DNA of 41,338 nt from a virus (lineage: Duplodnaviria; Caudoviricetes), in IMG/VR virus record IMGVR_UViG_3300020045_008173, positions 1 to 41,338 of that record, one strand, 5' to 3'. A program made the position numbers and the translations under genes. Shown one piece after another: positions 1-9,091 of the stretch. The notes beneath the pieces were generated by a model that was not told the origin of the DNA, ran no database searches, and saw nothing but the letters and a program-made list of their open reading frames with translations. Position 1 is the first letter of the stretch; every line of letters begins with the position of its first letter.

Positions 1-2
1 AG

Positions 3-704
3 GGGGGGGTATTCGCGCGTAGATGGTTCACGCAGTCGATGTGGATGGATGAGAAGCTCCCTAAGATTGAATATATTATTCAATCCTGGGATACGGCGAT
101 GACCAAGAAAATCGATCTAGACACTGGCTGCTACTCTGCTTGCACGACATGGGGCATCTTCAAGGATAGATTCGAGGTGGAAAACATCATGTTATTAGAC
201 ATATGGCGCGGTATGGTAGATCACCCAGTATTGCTTGAAATGGCAATGAGGCTATACAAGAACTATCAAGATGTAGACGTAGAAGATCCATTAGACTATG
301 AGATCAGACACCCTGACATGGTGCTAGTTGAGAATAAGGCCAACGGTAGCCCGCTGGTTAGCGAATTAAACCGCCGCGGCATTCCAGCTACTCGCTTCAA
401 TCCTAACAAGTATGGTGACAAGCTTAACCGTGCAATGATGGCTACGCCTTACTTTGAGTCTGGTCGCGTATGGTTTCCCGGCCGACCACCTAACTTTAAG
501 CGGTTCTTCCCATTCGTAGAAGAATTCATGCAGGCTTGCATAAAGTTCAAACGGGGTGGCGCAGATGATCTTGTTGACTCATGTAGCCAAGCATTTTGTA
601 GAATTCGCGAAATGCAAGGTATCCGTCACCCAGATGAGTTACCAGATACCGTACATTATGAATGGGAGACTAAGAATCACGGTCAACCGTTATACGATGC
701 TTGA
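3..704 (+). CDS. terL: Phage terminase large subunit, C-terminal nuclease domain (5'-truncated by window edge)
   Basis: Motifs QSWDTA, YSACTTWGIF, VENKANG, DKLNRA and DDLVDSCSQA are typical of the TerL RNase H-like domain. The frame is open upstream of the called start at 39 back to the edge (GGVFARRWF...). Confidence 0.92.
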   Translation, partial: GGVFARRWFTQSMWMDEKLPKIEYIIQSWDTAMTKKIDLDTGCYSACTTWGIFKDRFEVENIMLLDIWRGMVDHPVLLEMAMRLYKNYQDVDVEDPLDYEIRHPDMVLVENKANGSPLVSELNRRGIPATRFNPNKYGDKLNRAMMATPYFESGRVWFPGRPPNFKRFFPFVEEFMQACIKFKRGGADDLVDSCSQAFCRIREMQGIRHPDELPDTVHYEWETKNHGQPLYDA

Positions 705-854
705 TGTATCGTTATCCCCAACGACAGGAGCATTTTTGAAGAATAAGTCTAATTCCTCGGCAATTTCTTGTATTTCTGCCTCGATTGCGGAAACTTGGTC
801 TTCAAGCGGGTCGGTTAGTTTTCTTATTAATTCGCTGTTTTCTTCTGTAGTCAT
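690..854 (-). CDS. Small acidic hypothetical protein (54 aa, MTTEENSELIRK...DTSSIV); not in ORF track
   Basis: Translated by hand. GGAG RBS precedes the ATG, the gene is coupled to the upstream ORF stop, and it converges on the terL 3' end. Confidence 0.6.
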   Translation of the reverse strand: MTTEENSELIRKLTDPLEDQVSAIEAEIQEIAEELDLFFKNAPVVGDNDTSSIV

Positions 855-856
855 GA

Positions 857-940
857 TTATTCTCCGTTATTACCAGCAGTTTCACCCGCTAGCGTTGTTG
901 TTAATATTGTAGTCAGCAGTCTAAATTCTATGGTCATCAT
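857..940 (-). CDS. 27-aa mini-ORF (MMTIEFRLLTTILTTTLAGETAGNNGE)
   Basis: Exactly fills the gap between the 943..1248 stop and the 854 start, with 2-nt spacers on each side. Confidence 0.4.
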   Translation of the reverse strand: MMTIEFRLLTTILTTTLAGETAGNNGE

Positions 941-942
941 AA

Positions 943-1248
943 TTAATACTCATCTGGAGTCAAAAGCGTTATTGTACCGTCCGAATCCGTTATTAGCCAC
1001 AATACCAGATCTTCAGGCAAATCAGTAACACCCGCGAAATACTCCCCTAACTTGTAAAGCAATTTCTCGTCTTCATTAAGGACATGTAGCGCATTGTCTA
1101 TACGATGAAAGCTAACATGGTGATATTTGTGCGATAGGGGGCTTTCTAGGTATCTGCTAACGGCAGCGATAACCGTTTTCAAGAAACTATGTTGGTCGAG
1201 ATAGCCATTAACTATCGGTGTCATTACTATGTTGTTGTGTTTAATCAT
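943..1248 (-). CDS. Conserved small phage/plasmid hypothetical protein
   Basis: C-terminal LWLITDSDGTITLLTPDEY resembles the widespread W-I-I-T...LLPxEY mobile-element family. AAGGAG RBS and ATGA overlap. Confidence 0.7.
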   Translation of the reverse strand: MIKHNNIVMTPIVNGYLDQHSFLKTVIAAVSRYLESPLSHKYHHVSFHRIDNALHVLNEDEKLLYKLGEYFAGVTDLPEDLVLWLITDSDGTITLLTPDEY

Positions 1249-1487
1249 GATTGGACTCCTTTTTGATTATCGTTCAGATTGCTAAAGTTGATATGACTCT
1301 TGATTGTTCTATAACGCTCTTGAGCTTCCTCGGTAGTAGTAAAACTCTCGGTCAATACTTGACACCTGAGGCCATCTGGAATCACCAGCATTTTAACATC
1401 TAGACCGCCTAACAAATCCACTGATGCCACCCTATTTGAGCAAATACGTTTACCTGCAAAATCAAATGATACTGATACATATGTCAT
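1245..1487 (-). CDS. Hypothetical protein
   Basis: 80-aa ORF with AAGGAG RBS, part of the coupled leftward array. Confidence 0.7.
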   Translation of the reverse strand: MTYVSVSFDFAGKRICSNRVASVDLLGGLDVKMLVIPDGLRCQVLTESFTTTEEAQERYRTIKSHINFSNLNDNQKGVQS

Positions 1488-1489
1488 GA

Positions 1490-1651
1490 TTACGCTCCTT
1501 TTTTTGTTTGTATATCATATAATATTTTGGCTACATTAACTGGGGATGCTAAGAGTTGCTCCGCGTATTCCTCATTTGTAATATATCCAGACTGACAAGC
1601 TAACCACAGGCTACTTATACGTGTATGGTTATCATTAAATTCTTGTGTCAT
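1490..1651 (-). CDS. Hypothetical protein (53 aa, MTQEFNDNHTR...QTKKGA); not in ORF track
   Basis: Translated by hand. Fills the gap between neighbours with 2-nt spacers; AGGGGG RBS. Confidence 0.65.
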   Translation of the reverse strand: MTQEFNDNHTRISSLWLACQSGYITNEEYAEQLLASPVNVAKILYDIQTKKGA

Positions 1652-1653
1652 GG

Positions 1654-1851
1654 TTACGCCCCCCTTTGATTGTCGTTTAAACCATAGTCAGCAAGTATAC
1701 TATTGATGATATTACATGCTTGTGCTTTGGTTTTACCTTCTCTAAGTAATGCAGCCAAGAGCTGACTCTTTTTGACCGTCAATTTTTGCTGTTGCTCTAG
1801 TTGCTTTAGCGCGATGTTGGTTAGTTTGTCTATTAGGTTCAATTCTGTCAT
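1654..1851 (-). CDS. Hypothetical protein
   Basis: 65-aa ORF with GAGGAGG RBS. Confidence 0.7.
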   Translation of the reverse strand: MTELNLIDKLTNIALKQLEQQQKLTVKKSQLLAALLREGKTKAQACNIINSILADYGLNDNQRGA

Positions 1852-1853
1852 GA

Positions 1854-1973
1854 TTACGCCTCCTCGTTTTCATTAGGGATTCTAGTATCCACACCACATA
1901 CATAGACTGTTTTAACTGTCCATTCCGATCTAGGAAGTATTTCAAATTTTGCTGTTTCTGTTTGTTTAGTCAT
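1854..1973 (-). CDS. Hypothetical protein, first gene of the leftward operon (probable start MTKQTET at 1973, or 1982)
   Basis: The ORF-track start at 2072 lies upstream of the predicted promoter. An AAGGATGGA purine tract precedes the ATG at 1973. Confidence 0.5.
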   Translation of the reverse strand: MTKQTETAKFEILPRSEWTVKTVYVCGVDTRIPNENEEA

Positions 1974-2018
1974 TTTTTCCATCCTTTTTGTGTAGGGCGT
2001 AATTGCTCTACAGAAACC

Positions 2019-2047
2019 ACCATATATTAGGAAAAAGTGGTTGTCAA
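2019..2047 (-). promoter_or_regulatory. Leftward sigma70-type promoter
   Basis: Minus strand TTGACA (2047-2042), 17 nt, TATGGT (2024-2019). Confidence 0.6.
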
Positions 2048-2048
2048 T

Positions 2049-2090
2049 GCAAATATTCGCAAATATTCGCAAATATACGCAAATAATTGC
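2049..2090. repeat. Four tandem 10-bp repeats GCAAATATTC (last two degenerate) between divergent promoters
   Basis: gcaaatattc gcaaatattc gcaaatatac gcaaataatt gc, read directly. Confidence 0.9.
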
Positions 2091-2091
2091 G

Positions 2092-2120
2092 TTGACTTAT
2101 ATAATAAGATAGATTAGTGT
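2092..2120 (+). promoter_or_regulatory. Rightward sigma70-type promoter
   Basis: TTGACT (2092-2097), 17 nt, TAGTGT (2115-2120), followed by an AAGGAG RBS at 2141. Confidence 0.5.
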
Positions 2121-2151
2121 ATATTTACAACAATCAAATAAAGGAGTTAGG

Positions 2152-2316
2152 ATGATATATGCGGTAATAGGATTGACGTTAGCGGTTATATATCTGCTGT
2201 TTTGGCAATCCATATTTACCAAGATTCACAATGCTGACACCAATGTTTTTGATGAGCACAGACGGTATCTTTTGAGTCTTAACGAACGCATTACCAAGCT
2301 GGAGCAACGCAAATGA
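2152..2316 (+). CDS. Small membrane-anchored protein (54 aa, MIYAVIGLTLAVIYLLFWQ...); not in ORF track
   Basis: AAGGAG RBS, N-terminal hydrophobic helix, ATGA overlap with the next gene. Confidence 0.7.
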   Translation: MIYAVIGLTLAVIYLLFWQSIFTKIHNADTNVFDEHRRYLLSLNERITKLEQRK

Positions 2317-2603
2317 ATAAATACTTATTCGGCGATGTTAACGGGTTAGACCTACGAGAGATTGCGCCATATATTCTCGAGATAGTCTACCAATACCGCA
2401 AGTCAACGCTCAATGATAATATGGTATGGCGTATCTCAATAGCAGGAAACCTCAACGAAGTGACCGAAAAACAGGGGTTCAAGCATATACTATGGGAGCA
2501 TTACGACTATTACCCAATGGCTAGACTAGCGGAGATAACCCAAATCCTAAGCAACATAAATGAATTATTAACAAATTCTAAATTAATTAAAGGTAAATTT
2601 TAA
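2313..2603 (+). CDS. Hypothetical protein
   Basis: 96-aa ORF coupled to both neighbours. Confidence 0.7.
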   Translation: MNKYLFGDVNGLDLREIAPYILEIVYQYRKSTLNDNMVWRISIAGNLNEVTEKQGFKHILWEHYDYYPMARLAEITQILSNINELLTNSKLIKGKF

Positions 2604-2891
2604 ATGAGCTCTATAACCAAGGATCTGCTTACTATCTGGGATTTTGCAGATAAATATAAATTCATCAAATATAACACTTTACGGAAATGGTGCGAAAGAA
2701 GAAAGACCAACGGAATGGAAATCGGAGGCGTTGTAATTCGAATTGGCGGAAAAACTACGCCATTGCTTATTAACGAGCAACGTATGTTGTACTGGCTAGA
2801 GAATCGAGCTAATATTAAACCACCTGAGCCCGAAGGAAAACAAATGACATTAGGGGATATTGTCCAAAAATACGTAGGTGATAAGAAATGA
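2604..2891 (+). CDS. Excisionase-like winged helix-turn-helix DNA-binding protein
   Basis: Pattern LLTIWDFADKY..IKYNTLRKW...VIRIGGK..LLINEQRMLYWLE resembles Xis/MerR-type phage wHTH proteins. Confidence 0.6.
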   Translation: MSSITKDLLTIWDFADKYKFIKYNTLRKWCERRKTNGMEIGGVVIRIGGKTTPLLINEQRMLYWLENRANIKPPEPEGKQMTLGDIVQKYVGDKK

Positions 2892-3634
2892 CCAAATCAA
2901 CAGAAACCGTTATTGATACTGTGGAATTATACGAGCTCTATAGTAACTTAATCGATTTAAAGATAGGTGAGCGTTATGACATAAATCAAATGATTATAAC
3001 TGGGAGCAGAAAGAAAAACCTGTATCCCAAGGACATGACCAATTCCCATAGTGGAAAAACATATTTTGAACATATAGCGGATAGACATAAGCAGCTAGGC
3101 GAAGAGATAGACGAGCTTATTGCTAAGCGTGATAGTCTCATTTCCCCTTTTCCTCTTACCAGAGCTGAAGCCGCAGCCAATAGTATTCATAATCTAGGTA
3201 TAACGCCTACAGCAGGCTTTAGCGATGCTATCTCAAGTGTTATACCATACGAAGAGCACCTAGTTAACGAAGAACGTAGAGAAGCCGAGGATAGGGAAGC
3301 AGCGGCCGAGATTGACCGTAATTGTATATCGTTCGAGGAGAGAGTAAAGCAGCCTGATGTTATAAGAGCTCTAGAAGCACTGAAGAAAGCTATCATATGC
3401 GGCCAGCTAGAGCCTGCTGTTGTTGGAACTATAGAGATTGACGGAATCGAACACAAAGGCTACTGGGTATGGGATAACGAACCCAAGCGCAAAGGTCACT
3501 GGGTGTGGGGGGAGCCGCCGACAGTAACAAGGCAGATACTAGTGGCTCTCGCACAAAAATACGATAAGCAGTTGAAGGCTGCAGCAGATGCATACAACAA
3601 GACCAGCGGAAAAGGGAAAAAGGGGAAGAAGTGA
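2888..3634 (+). CDS. Hypothetical protein
   Basis: 248-aa ORF overlapping its neighbours; internal KGYWVW/KGHWVW repeat; basic C-terminus. Confidence 0.75.
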   Translation: MTKSTETVIDTVELYELYSNLIDLKIGERYDINQMIITGSRKKNLYPKDMTNSHSGKTYFEHIADRHKQLGEEIDELIAKRDSLISPFPLTRAEAAANSIHNLGITPTAGFSDAISSVIPYEEHLVNEERREAEDREAAAEIDRNCISFEERVKQPDVIRALEALKKAIICGQLEPAVVGTIEIDGIEHKGYWVWDNEPKRKGHWVWGEPPTVTRQILVALAQKYDKQLKAAADAYNKTSGKGKKGKK

Positions 3635-4233
3635 AACAAGAAGAACTAATCAAGAAGATCAATGACTTAGACAACTGGCGCGAGCAATGTATTAGCATCA
3701 ATACCTCAATCTGCAAGGAAATGGCCAAGATGGAAGCTAAGGTCATGCTTATGGATATTCCTGATGAGGCAATCAAAAACCAAGATACCAAAATAGACAA
3801 CGCCATCAAGAAACATGACATTGTAATAGCTAATCTAACAGCCCAATGTAACGTATTCATTGACGAGTATAACCGCGAGAGAGTGCCCGCTACACTCAAA
3901 GGACATAGTTCAGATATTCTTAGTCTTAATCATTCAACTTCCCATATTAAGCAAAGATACAGTGAAACGATGATCTCAATAAAAGAAATCAAGAAGGCCG
4001 TTGCAGATGTGGAAGCAGCCGTAGCTAAGATCGTTAAAGAAACCAAGAAACAAGCTGCAGAACTAAAAAAGTATATATGGTATTTGGAGCCAACCAATAA
4101 GCCGAATGAATCAAACTTACCGTTAACTACAGAGGAGTCAATTACTGAGATAGTCAACGATCTCGGTGTTATTAGCAAGGAGAAGGAGAATGATACCAAG
4201 AAAACTAAATCAAAAAGAACGCGCGCTACTTAA
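3631..4233 (+). CDS. Hypothetical coiled-coil protein
   Basis: 200-aa helical, charged ORF with GTGA overlap. Confidence 0.7.
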   Translation: MKQEELIKKINDLDNWREQCISINTSICKEMAKMEAKVMLMDIPDEAIKNQDTKIDNAIKKHDIVIANLTAQCNVFIDEYNRERVPATLKGHSSDILSLNHSTSHIKQRYSETMISIKEIKKAVADVEAAVAKIVKETKKQAAELKKYIWYLEPTNKPNESNLPLTTEESITEIVNDLGVISKEKENDTKKTKSKRTRAT

Positions 4234-4405
4234 GCAATTCGGTGCAAGACTAGCCGAGACGACCGAGGAAGACTACCAAGCTGAGAAAACTAGACAAACC
4301 CGCCAGATGATAGGCTTGCTAGTCCTTATCCTAACGCTCACGGCTGGGGTCTTGCTAAGTATTGTCTATTGGCATCAGCTATCTGAATTCCTTGCTAATC
4401 TGTAA
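4190..4405 (+). CDS. Small membrane protein (probable start MIPRKL)
   Basis: AAGGAG RBS before the ATG at 4190; C-terminal TM helix IGLLVLILTLTAGVLLSIVYW. Confidence 0.65.
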   Translation: MIPRKLNQKERALLKQFGARLAETTEEDYQAEKTRQTRQMIGLLVLILTLTAGVLLSIVYWHQLSEFLANL

Positions 4406-4413
4406 TTTTGGGC

Positions 4414-4442
4414 TTGCATCATGGTTTTTGTTTGAGTAAGCT
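4414..4442 (+). promoter_or_regulatory. Putative sigma70-type promoter
   Basis: TTGCAT, 17 nt, TAAGCT in the intergenic gap. Confidence 0.4.
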
Positions 4443-4469
4443 CAAATTATTAACCAAATTGCAAACAAA

Positions 4470-4655
4470 ATGAATAAGCAAGCGCGCGAAATATACGATG
4501 ATTATCTTGATGACCTCGATGACAATGAGACGCTCAAGGAATATGAGGATAATTGTCTAGAGACTTTCGCACCGCAATACTCGTTCTACCCTAGCGAGCT
4601 CAACAAGCTCATTGAACAGACGATTGTATTCACCCTTTCACACAAACGCCGATGA
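4470..4655 (+). CDS. Small acidic hypothetical protein
   Basis: 61 aa with D/E-rich N-half (YDDYLDDLDDNETLKEYED). Confidence 0.6.
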   Translation: MNKQAREIYDDYLDDLDDNETLKEYEDNCLETFAPQYSFYPSELNKLIEQTIVFTLSHKRR

Positions 4656-4828
4656 CCAAGGACGTATCAGACGACTTCCTCAAGCGACACGGCAACCTAT
4701 TCGTTGACGTAATCGTAGCTAAAGATGAGCCTGCACGCCGTGACGCATTACATATCTATACAAACAACCTAATCATTCATATACTGGAGCTATTGCAACA
4801 TGACAGAAACAAACCCGAACAAGGATAA
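4652..4828 (+). CDS. Hypothetical protein (58 aa, MTKDVSDDFLKRHG...); not in ORF track
   Basis: ATGA overlap with the previous stop; bridges to 4800..5342. Confidence 0.55.
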   Translation: MTKDVSDDFLKRHGNLFVDVIVAKDEPARRDALHIYTNNLIIHILELLQHDRNKPEQG

Positions 4829-5342
4829 CTATGAGAGACTCTTACAAGCAATAGCCGAGCTAACCTACAAAGACATCTACATTACGTCTGAAGTCTACTC
4901 AATAGCTGATAAGATGCGAGAGAATGAAGGTGTTGCCATAGCCAAGATCTTCAGACCGCAAGACTGGTTACGTCAAGAGGCTGATTTCATCAAGCTACGC
5001 TTCCTAAGCATAGATATCAACATAGCCTTCGAACGGAACACCAACAAGCGTCACATAACAGGCGGAGGCATGGTTACAGATGTGCCACGTCTGCGCTGGA
5101 AATGCGGGCAACGTCTCATTGTCGACCTAATGAAAATACCTGAGTTTGATGATAAGCTAGACCGTGACGTACAAGAGATGAATTACCGCCAGAACATTAA
5201 GCTAACACCTTACGCGACTAAAGCAAAGGCGTTCTTCAATCAGTACGGGATTATCTACCATGCTGATATCAGCCCTACAAACGTCATCAGCATCATCAAG
5301 CGAATCCTTGCCGACGAAGAACGAAATAACATGCTGCTATAG
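4800..5342 (+). CDS. Hypothetical protein
   Basis: 180-aa ORF with GGAG RBS. Confidence 0.75.
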   Translation: MTETNPNKDNYERLLQAIAELTYKDIYITSEVYSIADKMRENEGVAIAKIFRPQDWLRQEADFIKLRFLSIDINIAFERNTNKRHITGGGMVTDVPRLRWKCGQRLIVDLMKIPEFDDKLDRDVQEMNYRQNIKLTPYATKAKAFFNQYGIIYHADISPTNVISIIKRILADEERNNMLL

Positions 5343-5370
5343 CTTGTAATCCAAATTTTTATACTTATAT
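5343..5370 (+). promoter_or_regulatory. RpoH (sigma32)-type heat-shock promoter of groESL
   Basis: CTTG (5343-5346), 17 nt, CTTATAT (5364-5370) fits the alphaproteobacterial consensus CTTG-N17/18-CYTATNT and lies directly upstream of groES. Confidence 0.6.
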
Positions 5371-5411
5371 TCAAATAGTTAACCTAATAATCAAATAAGA
5401 GAGTAAAACCC

Positions 5412-7321
<1,910 letters not shown>

Positions 7322-7486
7322 GGTTGACACACATTTAAATCTGTTTAATGTAGGTATGACCAACTGTGTCCTTGTGTTGGTTTTGTTAGAGTTATTTCTA
7401 ACTCCATAAGAATGAATGTCGGGTAATGGATTTTAGTTAACTCCTCTGCCCTTACCCGACATGTGACACGATAAGCAGGAAATGAA

Positions 7487-7834
7487 ATGGAAAAATCCCC
7501 GAACACCCGAAGCGCGATTAGCGAATGTATAGAGAAACACGAAGAAGACTTTAACTTGCTTGCGCAAGATATTGGACATAGAGTCATAGAGACCGCCGAA
7601 AAGTTAGATTCTCCGATTACTTACTGCAAAAAAATAGAATTATCGTTGTGTTGCAGCATCTTTGAAAACGTGATTACACTAGAGGGAGTGATGCGAGGCC
7701 TTCCATATTATGTACACAACACTCTAAGGAATGCTTTAGTAAATGTTCTTAACTCGATTGATGAAACGCGTCTCCAAAAACTCGAAGAAGAGGTACAGGC
7801 GGCAATCAGGCACAAAGACGTTGGTAGTTGCTGA
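7487..7834 (+). CDS. Hypothetical protein, paralog A of a tandem pair
   Basis: Shares CC...EGxMRGxPxYVHN and C-terminal VGSC with the next gene. Confidence 0.75.
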   Translation: MEKSPNTRSAISECIEKHEEDFNLLAQDIGHRVIETAEKLDSPITYCKKIELSLCCSIFENVITLEGVMRGLPYYVHNTLRNALVNVLNSIDETRLQKLEEEVQAAIRHKDVGSC

Positions 7835-8214
7835 TGAAACCAAAACAAAAAGAAACTCTATCAGCTGTCAACCAATATTTACGTAAATACTCAGATGAAC
7901 TCCACATACTTTCGGAAGAAATAGGGCTAAAAATCACAGAAACCACAACGAGATTATGCAGGAAATCTGCGCCTAAATATATACTTGACTACAATCAATC
8001 CATAGAAGTAGCAATAAATTGCTGTGTCCTTAAAGTACTATGTGTGTTTGAGGGGTTAATGCGTGGCAATCCTGACTATGTACATAATCATATAATAGAG
8101 TCCTTACAGGATATTATTAGCGGTATTAAGGAAGAAGATATAACGACTAAAGATGAACTAGAAAAAGGTCTGGCACGTTTGAAAGCCAACGGCGGTAAAG
8201 TTGGTAGTTGCTGA
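7834..8214 (+). CDS. Hypothetical protein, paralog B of a tandem pair (probable start MKPKQK)
   Basis: TGATG overlap; same motifs as the upstream gene. Confidence 0.75.
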   Translation: MKPKQKETLSAVNQYLRKYSDELHILSEEIGLKITETTTRLCRKSAPKYILDYNQSIEVAINCCVLKVLCVFEGLMRGNPDYVHNHIIESLQDIISGIKEEDITTKDELEKGLARLKANGGKVGSC

Positions 8215-8219
8215 TCACC

Positions 8220-8651
8220 CTAACTCAAGAACAAATCCCGTTCAGCCAGCCTTCTTCTTAACAAACCCGCTATAACCTTTCCTCCTGCATAACGATACCT
8301 AACAAATTCCTCAGCAGCGTGACAATAGTCACCTCTGTTTAGTTTTGCTCTAAGTGTTGACCTCTGTAATGCACCACTCCCAAGATTAAAACTGAAATCT
8401 ACCAGTGCGCATAGTTGATTTTGATTCAGTGGCGCGGTTATAAGCCTATTTACAGCCTTAAAATGAATAGCCACGTCATTTAATAGCAAATCTAACGCTT
8501 TTTCCTCAGAAATCGCATTTAAATTAGTTTCTTGGGGCTTAATTAGGTGTCCATATCCAATTGTTGCGAATCCTGCGACATCATTATACCTCGTAAGACT
8601 CAAACCCTCGAATTGCTTAATTAGATTGATCAAAGCCCCCGGAATAACCAT
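8220..8651 (-). CDS. Endolysin, GH24 phage lysozyme
   Basis: IKQFEGL..YND.AG..TIGYGH (E-x8-D-x5-T), ALVDFSFNLG, GLLRRRLAERDLF. Confidence 0.96.
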   Translation of the reverse strand: MVIPGALINLIKQFEGLSLTRYNDVAGFATIGYGHLIKPQETNLNAISEEKALDLLLNDVAIHFKAVNRLITAPLNQNQLCALVDFSFNLGSGALQRSTLRAKLNRGDYCHAAEEFVRYRYAGGKVIAGLLRRRLAERDLFLS

Positions 8652-9091
8652 TATTTCCGCTCAAACACCCTTGAACCGTAGTAAAATGAGAGTATTCCAG
8701 CCAAAATAGTCATATCTTGATCATCCCACAGGGTTTCGACCAACATATTGAATGCAGCCCCTGATTGCTCAAGGTATTGGAATAAAAATATTCTAGTTGC
8801 GACATAGCTTCCAAAGAAACAATATGCTATAACTGGCCTCACAGAGGCGTTTAGGGTGTCTATCCATGTGTATGTTGGTCTATCGTTATTATGAATTGCA
8901 ATCATTTCTTGCGACTCAGCTTGAGATTGAATCGCTTGTAATTGTTGGCCTGCAATATCCTTCTGGGCTTGCATCTGAAGCTGTATTATCGCCAACTCAT
9001 GAGCTTTGTCGGATTTGTCTTGCATTAGTTTGAGTATCGCAGGGATTCCAGATGATAAGAAGCCGATTAGGCTTGAGAGCAATACTATCAT
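8651..9091 (-). CDS. Putative holin (3TM/GTA-holin-like)
   Basis: Hydrophobic N-terminus, D.AHELA, ASVRPVIAY, SFYYGSR; overlaps the lysozyme start. Confidence 0.7.
   Translation of the reverse strand: MIVLLSSLIGFLSSGIPAILKLMQDKSDKAHELAIIQLQMQAQKDIAGQQLQAIQSQAESQEMIAIHNNDRPTYTWIDTLNASVRPVIAYCFFGSYVATRIFLFQYLEQSGAAFNMLVETLWDDQDMTILAGILSFYYGSRVFERK

Noticed and set aside
556-912. 118-aa plus-strand ORF overlapping terL
   Set aside because: It is the shadow of the terL end and of the minus-strand mini-ORFs, which have proper RBS and coupling.
2049-2090. Possible CRISPR array
   Set aside because: The repeats are 10 bp, directly abutting, with no spacers and no cas genes.
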